Assembly: GCA_964035545.1 (NCBI GenBank)
Contig: OZ037765.1
Span: 25,419,504 to 25,483,503, forward strand
Direction: 5' to 3'
Source: Bugula neritina
Taxonomy: Eukaryota > Animalia > Bryozoa
DNA length: 64,000 nt
Shown: one piece after another, positions 1 to 13,600 of the stretch
How positions within the stretch are numbered: the stretch's first letter is position 1
How the letters are laid out: each line of letters starts with the position of its first letter
Notes under the pieces: generated by a model
The model's database searches: none
Told to the model about the DNA's origin: nothing
Seen by the model: only the letters and a program-made list of their open reading frames with translations
Position numbers and translations under genes: made by a program

Positions 1-3000
1 TTGTTGCACTCACTTTTGGTAATTACATAATCAAGCCGGCCTTTCCTGAATGCAGCCCTCCACCTGTAGCCGTCAGCCTTATGGCAGCAGTCTGTATTGG
101 TAAGCAGTGCTACAAATACCACCCGTCTTTTCAAGGACTAAATAATAGTTTTAAAGCTAAAGTTAAAACCCTATTTTGTAATCCATTTATGATTTTAAAA
201 AAAACTTGTAGTTAAAGTATTTTTGTCAGTGCGTCAGCGGTTTAATGCGAAGATGTAAAATGTGTCATAATTAAGGTCAGCCTGTGCTGCCGCCACTTTG
301 TAGGTTGACATCTTTTGTAGTGACTCTCACCATAATCAATGCAATGAGTGTGAGAGTAGCAGCAAGGGTCCAGGCATTATTCACAGTAGCAAAACTAGCA
401 GCTCTGGCTCTCATTATCATAGCTGGCATAGTTTTTATGGCCATGGGTGAGTATTTAAGACTCTGTGTAAGTTTATTATAAGGCAATAAGTATTTTTTCC
501 TCAAAAATGCCAATATAAATTCCCATTTCATCAAGTTTTTTTTTCCTTAAAACAATGGTGAAAAAAATAGCATTTTGGGTGGCAAATTTTGTTGTTGTAA
601 AATTTCAAGCTGTAAAATGCTAAGTCTTATGTTTTAAAAAAATAATGCATACAACATGTTGAATCAATTATTCTTGCACTCAGGGGGACTAAACCCTAGT
701 CTCTTATATGTGTAATTAGTTAATTACTTGAAATTTCTAGTAGCTCTGCAACCATTCTCAGGTAATTGAAATCACTTTCATGCTATGAAAGTTACATAGT
801 ACTTAATTACCTCTGGTCACCTACATAATTATATACATACACTGTGCTGCATATCCTACAGCAGATTTAATTCTTTATATGAGATCAAATTAAGTCAGCC
901 TGCAGCTTATAAAGAAATGAGTTTATATAAAGTTAAAGAATAAATTACTATAGGCCTACTTTTCTAAAAAGCAGGAGTGCAATATTTAAACTTCAACATG
1001 GCAAATTTGTTTTTATCTCATAATGTGATAATAGAAAATAATTCCATATTTTTGGAAAATTAAATCACTTTACAAATTTGAATATTTGATTCTGAAGGAG
1101 CAATTTTACTATTATTTATAACTTCACAGGTGCCTAACTCTAACGGCGGCCAATTAAAAAAATATCAAACTGCACACTTTTTTTGTAAGTTCTGCTTATC
1201 CATAGCATGCATAGAATGTATTTCTTACATGCTGCATAAATAGTGAAATTTTGATAAGTTGTTATGCATGGCTGCACCAATAATGCTACTATCTTTTCAA
1301 ATAATAAAGTGTTTAGACTGGCAATTATCTGTTTAACTTCATTTCAATGGAACAGTTGGACAAGATGGAAGTAATTATAGAGTCATGCTAGATGTAAATT
1401 TATGCTAGAAAAATGTGTTCCGGTCTGCTTTCATTTCAAAAGTTTAGGATTCAAGAGTTTAGGTTTACAAGTTGGCATATACTACGCTGTCACTGCTTCA
1501 TTGTGCTATAATTGGCACTAATAATACATGCAGTAATGGAGAAAGTGAAAAAAGCCTGTGTTCTGGATCAAAAATGTATAGCAAATGTGTACCCCAAACC
1601 AAAATTAATCAAGAAAATTAAAGAACAAAAGCTATCTGTTTCTCTACTATTTCACCGAAATAAAAATAATTATCACAAAATATTTCACAGCAGTACTATT
1701 TGCAAGTTTTCAGCTACTGCTTTCAGGCATTAAAATACTACATTTTATATATTATATATTATTTATTAATAATTATATTCTTACTACAAAAGGTATAAGC
1801 TACATGCAAACATTATAGGCAAAGTAAACAACTTCAAGAAGCCCTTTGAAGGTTCTGTAACAGACGTTAAAGGAATATCCTTGGCTATATATTCTGCTCT
1901 CTTCTCCTATGCTGGGTGGTAAGTTTATCTAGAAAAGAAAATAAATATTAAAGTGTCTAGCTAACTGTTTGAACAGAAGTGGTAGCTCGGTTATATTTGG
2001 TTAAAATTTTACAAATTTCAGTTGGTGCACACCGAAAGTGTACAAACACGTAAATGCTTCTGGTGTAGCTTCGGTATGTAGCATTGATTTAATTTATTTA
2101 TTGTAGCATATTTTGGAAAAAAATCTGTCATGTTGACTATCACAAAGCTATTGTTTTATTCCACATAACATAGAAAAAGACAACATGCTATTTATGCACT
2201 AACTGGTTACATAATATGTGCAGTAGTTGAATCTGCCAATAAATACAAACAATACCCAATTATTAAAAACATTAGTCATTTAGCAATACTGTATTAAAAA
2301 TACATAACAGACAGCTAATTTTACATTTCTATTAATGGTATATAATTTTGAGGCATAATTACAAAAAACAGCTAGTTTGGGTAAATCTTAGTTTTAGCCT
2401 TCTATTTAAGATCAAGCAGTCTAGTATAAATAATGCAATAATGATGATTTTGTAGCAGAACCAACTTTGCCTTTTCTGACTACTATAGCCTAGTTAGTTC
2501 ACCAAAATACAAGCACTACTTGCATTTGATTTATTATATTTGCGTCTCAATTGCTATTTTTTAGCAAATAAAATAAGTGGCTAACTGGAAGCAGTTGATT
2601 AAGAATAGTCTATTTAGCAACTATGGCGTCTTTTAAATTTTAGAATTTAAATTGAGCAAATTAAATATTTTTGTGACTATTTGATGAGCTTGGTGATGAT
2701 TTTAGAAAGATTGTGAATGTGATGTCAATTTGGTAATGAGTATTGGATGATAATTCTTATTTAAAACATTTAATTCAATCCTGCAGGAATTTCCTCAACT
2801 TTGTCACAGAAGAAATTGAAGATTCTCAGAAGACTCTACCGAGAGCAATATACATTTCACTGCCAATCGTTTCCTTTGTGTATGTCATGGCTAACGTAGC
2901 CTACTTCACCAGAATGGATGTGCCGGAAATTATATCCTCTCTCGAGACGGCAGTGGTAAGATTGACATTCATAAATACTCATGTATATCACATGTTGGGT

Positions 3001-5132
3001 TACTTGACTTACTTCATTATAATATCTTTTATTTACTTTTCATTTTGTAGATTTTTGGAAACAAGTTCTTGGGGGTGATGTCTTGGATCATACCAGTGTT
3101 TGTAGCGCTGTCATGCTTTGGTGGAGTCAACGGTTTACTATTTACATCGGGAAGGTGAGCATCGCTAATCAAAACTAGACATGATATTTGCCGTAGCCTT
3201 TAACAAACTCAATTTGAAAAAAATGATATGCTAGTACTTAGTTATAATCCACTTCAATTACCTAACATGATTGCAACATACTGCTTGGAATATTTAATAA
3301 ATGAGTAAACCAAACGAACTCTATGTTTTTTGCCCCAAATAGCGATGTTTTTAATATACTCTATATGCAGTGTAGATGGGTAATTTGAATGAAGCTACTT
3401 TTTTCAGGCTATGTATATGTATACTCTTAAACTCTTCAACTAAGATCAATTGCTTAAAGTGTATAAAATTTTAGTAATGGTTAGCAATAGCTAAAGTAAT
3501 GGTATGTGATTATCACAATTGGAAGAGAAAGCATATTTCCAATTTCAATTATGTTTTTGGACCATTCTTGTGGATGTAAATTCTTGAAGTTAAAATAACA
3601 GGTGTAATGTTATAGCAAATTTGTTAATCATACCTTAGTATTAGTTGATCATACCTTAGTATAAGGTGATCATGCAAAGCCCTAGTTGACTGTATTTCAG
3701 ACTGTTTTTTGTTGGAGCTCGAGAAGGGCATTTACCTGAAGTAATGGGTATGATCCACTCGGAGAGACTAACTCCTTTACCAGCTATTCTATTCACTGTA
3801 AGTTGTTTTATATTTTCATTCAATATTTTTCGATTTCAGTCAGAATTTTCTGACAATTAATGTTTAGATTATGAAAGTAGAATGGAATTATACTATTTTA
3901 CTGGGCCACAATTAAATGTAACGTATTTTATTTTTCAGGGAGCCTTATCAGTAATAATGTTAATGTTTAGTGATAATATATACTCACTAATAAACTACGT
4001 CAGCTTTGTACAGTGGCTCTCTGTGGGCGGATCTATTGCCGCAATGATATACCTCAGATACAAGAGGCCAGACATGGACAGGCCAATCAAGGTGAAATTA
4101 AATTTCCCGTTTACTGTATAGCTGTTAGTCACATTTATTGAAAATAATAATTTTAGTAGCAATTTATACAATCAAATTTTAACGTTAAAGTTTTTGTATG
4201 CTATATCCAATTTTATTTTATATACTGAAAGTTACATTTATAATATATAAACTATTTCATGTTTAAATAGTATTAAGCTGGTACATATACTTATAATTAA
4301 TTTAACTTTTTAAAATTTAGATCATCAACATTTTGCATGTTGATTACAAATTTTTCCTTATACACTTGCATTTGCATACATTTGGAAAGTTATTATCACT
4401 CAAAGAACTTTCAGCTCTTTGAATGTTGGTACGAATTTTTATAAGCTACAATTGTTATAATCACATTGATTACTTTTTGCAAATCACTACTTTTTACCAT
4501 GAAGCAACTATTTTGAAATTGTATAACTTTTTTCAGCTACTAATAAATCGATAAAATGTTTAAAAGGCTCATTTAATAAATATATTATAATATAAGTAAG
4601 CTGCATTTGTACATCTATCCCTTGAATATATTTAAACTAACCCTTTCTATGTATATGTATTATGATTTCAGTTCAACATTGCCATTCCAATTATATTTAT
4701 TGGAGCTTGCATCTTCCTTCTGGTTGCATCACTGTTCGCGGCTCCCCGGGACACTGGCTTAGGATGCCTGATAACTTTGACCGGTATTCCAGTTTACCTC
4801 ATCTTTATAGCTTGGAAAAACAAACCAAAAACCTTCAATCGCATAGTTGGTATGTACACCTATTATTTGTAATGTAGGTAAATACACTCGAAGTATTGTC
4901 ACTTGCAAGTTAACTTAATGCTCCTAATGTTGTGAAATACAAGCACCATGTTACAAGACAAGGACGTGCCTACAACTCTGAGAATTAATTTCGTCTTTAC
5001 TAACCTACCCGATAAATAAATAAAGTTTCTTACATATATACATAGCTTTGAGATAGCTTTTTGAAATAAATTGGAAACTATAACCTTGTAGAATGTATGA
5101 ACAAATTATTTTGTGTTTGGGAATAAAACAAC

Positions 5133-5184
<52 letters not shown>

Positions 5185-5348
5185 GCAAAGCAACTAAATC
5201 CAAGCCTCAACTTTCAGTCATTTACTCAATTCAACTCACATTATATTGCATATTTTTCTGCAATAAGCTCCTTTATTTTGCAGTTTCATGGACAAACTCA
5301 TTTCAGAAAGTATTTGGAGTAGTTCGACAGACAGACAAATCTGATTGA
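1..5348 (+). CDS. SLC7-family L-type/y+L amino acid transporter light chain, 5'-truncated by the window edge
   Basis: Phase-consistent exons <1-99, 321-446, 1819-1918, 2787-2955, 3051-3154, 3701-3797, 3939-4091, 4672-4849, 5284-5348 (TGA). LAT-family motifs: [88 protein letters not shown]. Confidence 0.93.
5135..5178. repeat. (TA)n microsatellite in the last SLC7 intron
   Basis: Pure TA run; explains the YIYIYI ORF 5113-5322. Confidence 0.95.
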
Positions 5349-7680
5349 AATCATAACTAAAGATGAAGCTGAATGTGTCTAGGGCTAAGCTTTATGACAC
5401 TTCTAAGCTTGTATACTGAAGTTATAAAGTTATAGCGACTCTATTACTCTATCTACTTGATGATTAGTAGATGCAGTTCATTAGTAGTTACTGAGAAGTA
5501 AGCTGTTAGCTAATTGCTGCATACATAAATAAATGAATTATTGATTTAATAGCGAAGTTGATAAGTTACAAGATGCACTGAGTTGTTAAAATGATTAGCA
5601 ATGTTTGCTGTGTCAATGTAATAATGTAATTGCAATATTTTAATAATTTCATGTCATGTAATCATCAGATGGCCTAATATTATACTGTGCATATGTCTAT
5701 TAGTTATTAAGCTTTGTAATTTTTTAAAGATGTAATTTTATGTTTAAGACCTATGAGAACCTGCATTGTGTTTATTATATAACTCAGCCATGAAAGTTAA
5801 GACAACTCCTCTTCTAAAAGTTCTAAATTATTCAGTAACATTCATCTTGGCGCAAGGATCCTTTATTTACATCTGCTTAATTTTATATATTTATATATTA
5901 TTGCTCTGGAGTTTCGAGTTTTACCATGGTTTATCTTTTACTCTTGTATTTCTTGTCTATATTATATAATTATGTGATGTCTATTACAATAGTATATTTT
6001 TGCTGCAATAACTCCCATTTTAAATAATATTCATCGTAACAAGAAATGTTGGCAATGTATATCAACTCAGTTGCTATGTATAGTTATTATGTCTAATCAG
6101 CATAAAATGTTGTTTAAAAGTTTGAATTTCTATTATACAAACTTAAGGCTTTTTACTATATTATTCTCATAGAGTTTATAAGAAATTTTTCTTGTAAATA
6201 AACTGCACAAAAATAAGTTCCAAGACGCTAATCTATATAATATTATATAATGGAAATCTGATAGTTCCATATTGTGGTCATGAATCAATAGATTTTCCCG
6301 AATTACCTTGTCCTCTGGTTAGCTCATTTTTCCGTTGAACTAAACATATATCGCAATCTTCAAGTGTTGAAATGAAATTAAAGAATACAATCATCCGTGA
6401 ACAGGCTATTTGGTTCACCTTAATTTTTTAAAATGTGAAGAACCTAAGAGTTATCTCACCAAAATATTTGCATTTAAAGAAATAGTAGGACAACTCTGCA
6501 TGCAGACACGGTCACGTGAGCAAGGTTAAAGTGCATACTGCAGCGAATGCTGGCTATTGAGAGTACGTGTTTGTGTAGTGTTGAATAAGAACTATCGTCC
6601 AGTTCTGGAGACCAACTAGAAACTAAGGTGTAGTCAAATTGAACGCACAATTAATCAGGTAAGTTTTATTTATAGCAGCATATCTTTATTTGACAAGAAA
6701 ATGCAAAAAGCACGGATGTTACTATTATCATCCATGTATTAAGATAGTTGTATTCAATTGAAAATTTACTCAATCAATGCTTCATTATTCATATACACCC
6801 CCACTGTAACCCTAGAAGATGAAACGTATAGTTATATTATATTGCATCATATTTTAAATTGACTTATTTAATAAGGCATGTAATATGTAGTTTTACTAAG
6901 ATCAATATCTCAATGTATAGGGCCATATATTTAACAAGCATACCAGTACTTACCAAGGTTATATTATAATTTATTAGGTTGTTGTTGAAGGTATTTTTAT
7001 CATTATGTAATGTACATATATTATATTTCATGTAGTCTGCGGACATTTAAACACAAAATGAAAACTTTAATTAGGGAAATATTGATAAAAAAGTGTTATA
7101 TGCCATCAAATGTTAATTAATAATTGAGATTGAATAGTTGTTGCTTAATTGTGACATCATAGCTGTATATGCATGCATTCAAATTTGTCATAAACTATAA
7201 ATTTTGAATTATAATGATTTCAAGAAATCATTTAAAGGTTCTAAGTTTGTGTAGCTGTGGAATTATGAAATCAGATTTGTCATAAGCTATCAACCGTAGA
7301 GAATAACAAAAGGCTGCAATATTGACCTAGTAATGTAATACATAACGGGCTGGACAAAATCATGCATACCTTATATAGCAAACGCAGGTCTAGTGGGCGG
7401 AGCTAAGCAGCATAAGCTCTCCGTAGGCTAGTATGATTTCATAGGCCTGGTACAAGGTTCAAACTGATTGCTGTTAATTAATATAGCATGAATTCCTACT
7501 AGAGTGTTAGTTTATGAGGATATATAACCACTATTACCTATGCATACATGCTCATACCATTTATATAATTTACAAGCTTGGAAAAAACAGTACCAAATAA
7601 AAAGTGTTCGAGTCTTTTTGATTGAATAACTTCAGGTATAAATTGGAAGGCGGTTAGTTTTCTTTTCATAATTTTAAAGG

Positions 7681-10600
7681 ATGAGTTCTGCAGAAGAGAG
7701 GCGAGCTGCCAGAAGAAGAGCGAGGGAAGAGGCAGCGGCAGTAGAGTGAGTAGATAATACATTTACGAGGGGAATCTCAAAGCTCTTTGAGACTGTTTTA
7801 TTCTGAAAAAATAAATAATTTATATTTTATTTTGATTTTTTTTTTATATTTGGGGTTAGAAATTTTATATAAATGCTAATACATATGCTGATACATATGC
7901 TTATACATATGCTGATATACATATGCTTATACACATGCTAATACATATCTCAATAAGCATACTGATACATATGCTAATACATATGCTAATACATATGCTT
8001 ATACATATGCTAATACATATGCTGATATACATATGCTAATACACATGCTAATACATATCTCAATAAGCATACTGATACGTATGCTAATACATATACGGAT
8101 ACACATGCTAATACGTATGCTAATACGTATAAATAAAATATATGCTGTTTCCTTGTAACCTTCAGAGAAGATGCTGGGTAAATATCAGATCATGAAGTGT
8201 TGTCTATTTTATTTGCTCCAGTAATGCGAGTTTTGGTTATCTATTAATAGACTGAAAGTCTGTTACATTTCTTATTACTAGAACATGCATTGTCCCACCC
8301 AGTTTTTCACATTAAACAATGTTCATATGGGTGGTAGAGTTGGGTAAAAAAGAATTATTAACTAAACTAATTGCTATTTTTAAATGCTCACCAACTCCCA
8401 AATTTAACTTTGTTTTATTTTTTCTTAGTTTGTGATCCACCCTTTGTTTTTGATAGATTTTCGTGCATGCAACAGTGTTATCAGCTACTCTTCTCCATTC
8501 GTCTCTTTGGACTACATTCAGTTAGTGATTTTATAAGCCCTTCATATATGTGTCTCATGTGTAAACCCAGGTGTTGTCTATTTTACTGCTCACACGTATT
8601 ACAAGGCTATTGCTTCTATCAGCCCTTCAACACTCAGCTATATAATTGCATGATTTGTATAGCCTAGACTGACTTTTGCATGCTTTGAGTACATATTATA
8701 CTCATATTACTAGCAGGATTGTAGTTTATAATGGGCTGTAGAATAATTTTCATCTATTTAGAAGATTTTCTTTAGACTTGTAGAGGAAAACTCTGTAACA
8801 CTGAGATTTTAAATTAAATTACTGTAGAGTGTAGACTAACTTTGTGTTGCAGCAGTTCTATTATGATGCAATCATTTTATTGAATATGGCATTAGCTTTG
8901 TACTTTTTATTAGTTTACCAAGAAAGGCAAAAAAATGGCAAAAAATGCATAAATAAGCAGATGATTTTTTAATATGCGTTATATAATAGTAAACCTACAC
9001 ATAGAAAGCAATTTAATAATAAAATGCATAATATTGAATCATTATTATTCACTTTAAGAGCGAGTAGCTTGGCAAAATGAATATACACTTACTTGCTATA
9101 TAAGAGCTCTGCAACCTGTTAGACATGCTTCTAGCAAGATTGCTAGTATAAAACAAGTATATTAAGGTTACAGGGCAACTGTCAGGAGAACCAGCTGAGA
9201 GTTGGTTGCTCAGCATTAACTCTCACTCATTGTTATATCTTTAGATTATTGTCATGTTGTATTGCTGGTTGTTTTAGCTAAACTAAGCAATTGATGTGTT
9301 TGTCATGTGATTTGCATGTCCCTGGTTGACTTTGTGTATAGAGGAGCAAGTAATGAAGATGACGAAAGAGCGCGAAAGCGGGAAGAAAGAAGAAGAGCGC
9401 GGGCGACAGATGCGGCACCCGTAGTGTATGTCATGCAAATCTCAAGCTAATGTTACTCAAAAACATGATTGAGACTTCCAGTTGTATGTTATGTGAAGTA
9501 GCATGTACATGTAGCATGAACACTGTCTCTCTATGCTGATATTGTGACAGCAATTTGATCCCTCTTGGAATGATGTCATGCCTTGCTAGAAGCTTCCATG
9601 AAAAAAAAATTACATATTTTTCGTGACTTTACATATTTGATGAAAAACTAAAACTGTTTTGAAAGTTGATGTTTTAGAAGTTTTTAATATACATATAATA
9701 TTTTTCTAAAACAGAATCTGTAAATTTTTAGAGAAGATGTCACGGATAGTAGGGAGGAGCGGAGAAGACGCAGACGACAGGGTGGGGACGAAGAAGCTGA
9801 GCCATCCGTTGAAGAAGTAAGGAGATGTTTGTAATATGAATGAAACATTACATTTAATAGTAGAACAGGATTACTTGTTATACCTGTTTATAGCGAACGA
9901 ATGTATAGGAAAAAGACAACCAGGCATGTTGATTAGTGAAAACGAATATAAAGCTTGAGCCTTGAGTTAAGGTCATGAAGGTAGAAAACAAAAAATAATT
10001 ATATATCAAAATACATGCAGGATACTATTTAGTATTTGCTGTCACGCTGTATTTTAGCCTCATTTTATAGCTTCATTTTAGCCATTTAATGCATTTGGCT
10101 AGCATTCATATTTATGAAATAACAACAACTATGGAATGCTTCAGGATACTAGAAGAAGTAGAAGAAGTCGAGATGAAGTTGAAGAAGTCAGTGTGCCTGA
10201 CACATCAGCGGAGGATGAAGCAGCTGCTAGGGCAGAAGAGGTCAATTATGAATATGTGCACTTTGTACACAGCATAACCTATAATATATATGCTACTACA
10301 GTTACGAAATTTATTGGGCAATATGTTAACAGAAGTAACAACATATTGCATGTTTGAAATGCATATTCTCATTGTTTTAACTAACCTAGCCAAGATATGT
10401 GTTTGCTCTGAAGATTTTTGAAACAATACACACTTTTGCTACGCAAGTACATCATATCCATTTAAATTTCTGCCACCTGTAGTAACAAAATTGTTTGCTC
10501 CTAGTTTTTGATATTACAATATGATGATATATGTATACAGTGTGATATGATATGATATAGTGCATGAGTAGCTGTAAATGGTGCTGTTCAATGCTATAGG

Positions 10601-13600
10601 AACGGATAAGGCAAGAGCAAGAAGAACAAGAAAGAGCAGACTCAGAACGCCGGGCCCAGGTGAGTCTGCAGTCACTATTGTAGTGTTACACTAAATGTCA
10701 CGCATGTAGTAAGAGTTCGTAGTTATTTGTTCAACATTAATAGAATATTATATAATTGATTATAACTTTTGGGTTGAACATAACATTTGATATGCTGAGG
10801 AATTTGTTCTTAGGAGGAGGAGGAAAGAATGCGAGAGGAAGCGGCGAGAAGAGAGGAAGAGGAACGGCAGAGAGAAGAGGAACGCAGAAGACAGGAAGAA
10901 GAGGTAAGTATTCTCTACCTCGGCATTTCCTAGGGCAAGTCCTACTTTGTTACTGTAGACAAAGTTAGGGCAGAAACCTCTTTCGAATTCAAGTTGTGCT
11001 GCAGGTAAAAATCATTTCATATAAAGCTAATATGCATTCTAGCCAATCAGGTGGGAAGTTTTATCCAAACAAGTGACAATTGTTGCTATTAAACACCAAC
11101 ATTCAATGTACGCTTTTGTATATCATGGAGATAGGCAATCTGTGAGCATGCACTCTATGGTCTGCGTCTTGTCTGTGTCTACATGTTCACTATACCCAAT
11201 GCTTTGTGTTTGTGGCTAGGAAAGGCTAGCAGCAGAAAAAGCAGCAGCTGAGCAAGCTGAGAAGGTAATTAATATTTATGACAAGTAAATTACAAATGCT
11301 CTCCCCCCCCCCCTCTAAGTTATTGAGTATCCCTGCTGTTGTTATGAATAGTCTAAAATTCTAAAATTTTGAAGATATTATAGTATGATGAGGCTATAAG
11401 TTAATCATATTTTGGTGCTTTACACACAGGAAAAACTATTATAATATAAAACTATTATGATATTATGATGCTTTCTGTATACAAGAGATTATTATGATAT
11501 AAAGATATTATGATATCATGATGCTTTTTGTATAGGAGAGAATAAGACAGGAAGAAGAGGAAAAAAAGAAAAAGAAGAAAGGATTTGGTGGGCTAACTCC
11601 AGAGAAAAAGAAATTACTGAAGGTATTAAATAATTTCTCTTAGATGTGACCTTGACACCTAAACATCGTGTACAACGTAACTGCAGTTTCTTCTCTTTGT
11701 GAAATGACAGTAATGAAAAATTTAAAAATTTATGTTTCATTTACAACATGACTTTTATTGTTTGTTTTTAAAAGTGCATGAATACATTTGTGTTTGTAAT
11801 GTTGTTATACATACTAGCATTAAATCGCATTATAGATGTTTGACAGAGTGTGTTAATCCCAGATATATGTTGTTTTCTTGTGAGCTTTAAAAATGGTTTT
11901 AGGATTGTGAGTATTGACCTGCATGGTTTGTGTAAGCATGTGCTTTTTTACGCAGCAAATTATCATAGACTTTGCTCTGGCCGATTTGAAAAAGGAAGAG
12001 GAAGAAAAAGCACAGCATAAAAAGCAGGTTCTTGCCGAAATAGTTGAACCCCTAGAGGATAATTATTCGCTAGAGGATATGACATCATGTATGTTGCTAT
12101 GACGGTTATGAATACAAGAATAGTTTCAGCCTCTTTTCCGTAATATAAACCTTCACCTTTTCAGTGACCTAGGTTTATTTCATGCAGCTTTCAGACAGGT
12201 CTTTAGTAACAACTATAAAAACCCTTTGGCAAATTCAAGTCTATTCTTATTCTTAGAAACAACCTGGTATTTTGAAGACTTGGACAAAGTTACTTTAGTC
12301 TAACTTCAAAGTATTTAAATACCATTTGTTATCAAAAAAATTCAGTTATTTTTGGGAATTCTTCTGCCTTGAGATTTGTTCTGTAGTATAGCACACCACA
12401 AGTGCTTTAAACATTAGCCACTCTAGAAATAGTGCATGACTCACATAAGCCACTTCTGATTAAACTAATCTAGAAAATTTCTGCATCTCCTGTCTTCTGC
12501 ATGTCATTGCATCTCTGTGCATGAATTGCGAGTGGTCTACGGTCTTTCAGTCATTGTTATGGGTGCACGTCTGCATGCACAGCACTTCAGTTCAAGTATC
12601 ACTCCAGTACAATTGAACATAAATTATAATAAATAATTGCTAGACAATAATAATGGAAAGAGCTAGACAAGAACTTCACGCTGAAGCTTTAAGAAATAAG
12701 GAGGCTAAAGAAAATAAAATTAAAGAGTGCTGCCCAAATCTTCCTGATTTGTCTACAATGGCTGAAGGTAGAAACCCTTTCACTTGTCTTCTTGGCTTCT
12801 CTGTGCTCTCTTACCATATACTCCTGCAACATACACTCTCAACATATACTCTCAACATACACTCTCAACATACACTCTCAACATACGCTCTCAACATACA
12901 CTCTCAACATACACTCTCAACATACACTCTCAACATATACTCTCAACATACACTCTCAACATACACTCTCAACGTATATACTCTCAACATGCACTCTCAA
13001 CATACACTCTCAACATATACTCCTGCAACATACACTCTCAACATACGCTCTCAACATACACTCTCAACATACACTCTCAACATACACTCTCAACATACAC
13101 TCTCAACATACACTCTCAACGTATACTCTCAACATGCACTCTCAACATACACTCTCAACATATACTCCTGCAACATACACTCTCAACATACGCTCTCAAC
13201 ATACACTCTCAACATACACTCTCAACATATACTCTCAACATTTGCACACCCAAGTCATTTCAGGCAGGTGTAGCATCTGAGAAACTCGAAAAAAGCCTGT
13301 GTTCTAAATCAAATAAGTAGGCCTATATATATAGTAAATAGACTGGGCTATTAAAAATTTCTGTGATGTTGCAGCTATAAATCTGTCATTTATAGTTCTC
13401 TGGTTCTTCGATCTTTTCTTCCTGCGTCTTTTCGAAGTAACACTGCTGCTGGTGCACTAAATACTTCCTATCTATAAAGCATCACTGTTGGTTTATGTCA
13501 CTACATTATGTTTGAAAGTTATTTACATTTTCTTAAAACTTGTCATGGATATACTTTAATGTGAATGATTGCAGAACTTTTTGCTGCAAGATAGCTATCA

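Noticed and set aside
11430-11535. ~55-bp tandem duplication of the acceptor region before TnI exon 11536
   Set aside because: The upstream copy ends tatacaag rather than tatag and would lead into a stop or a frameshift; likely neutral.
12653-13320. Three long overlapping ORFs (206, 178 and 162 aa)
   Set aside because: Produced by a stop-free 13-bp minisatellite; only 12644-12767 is a real exon.
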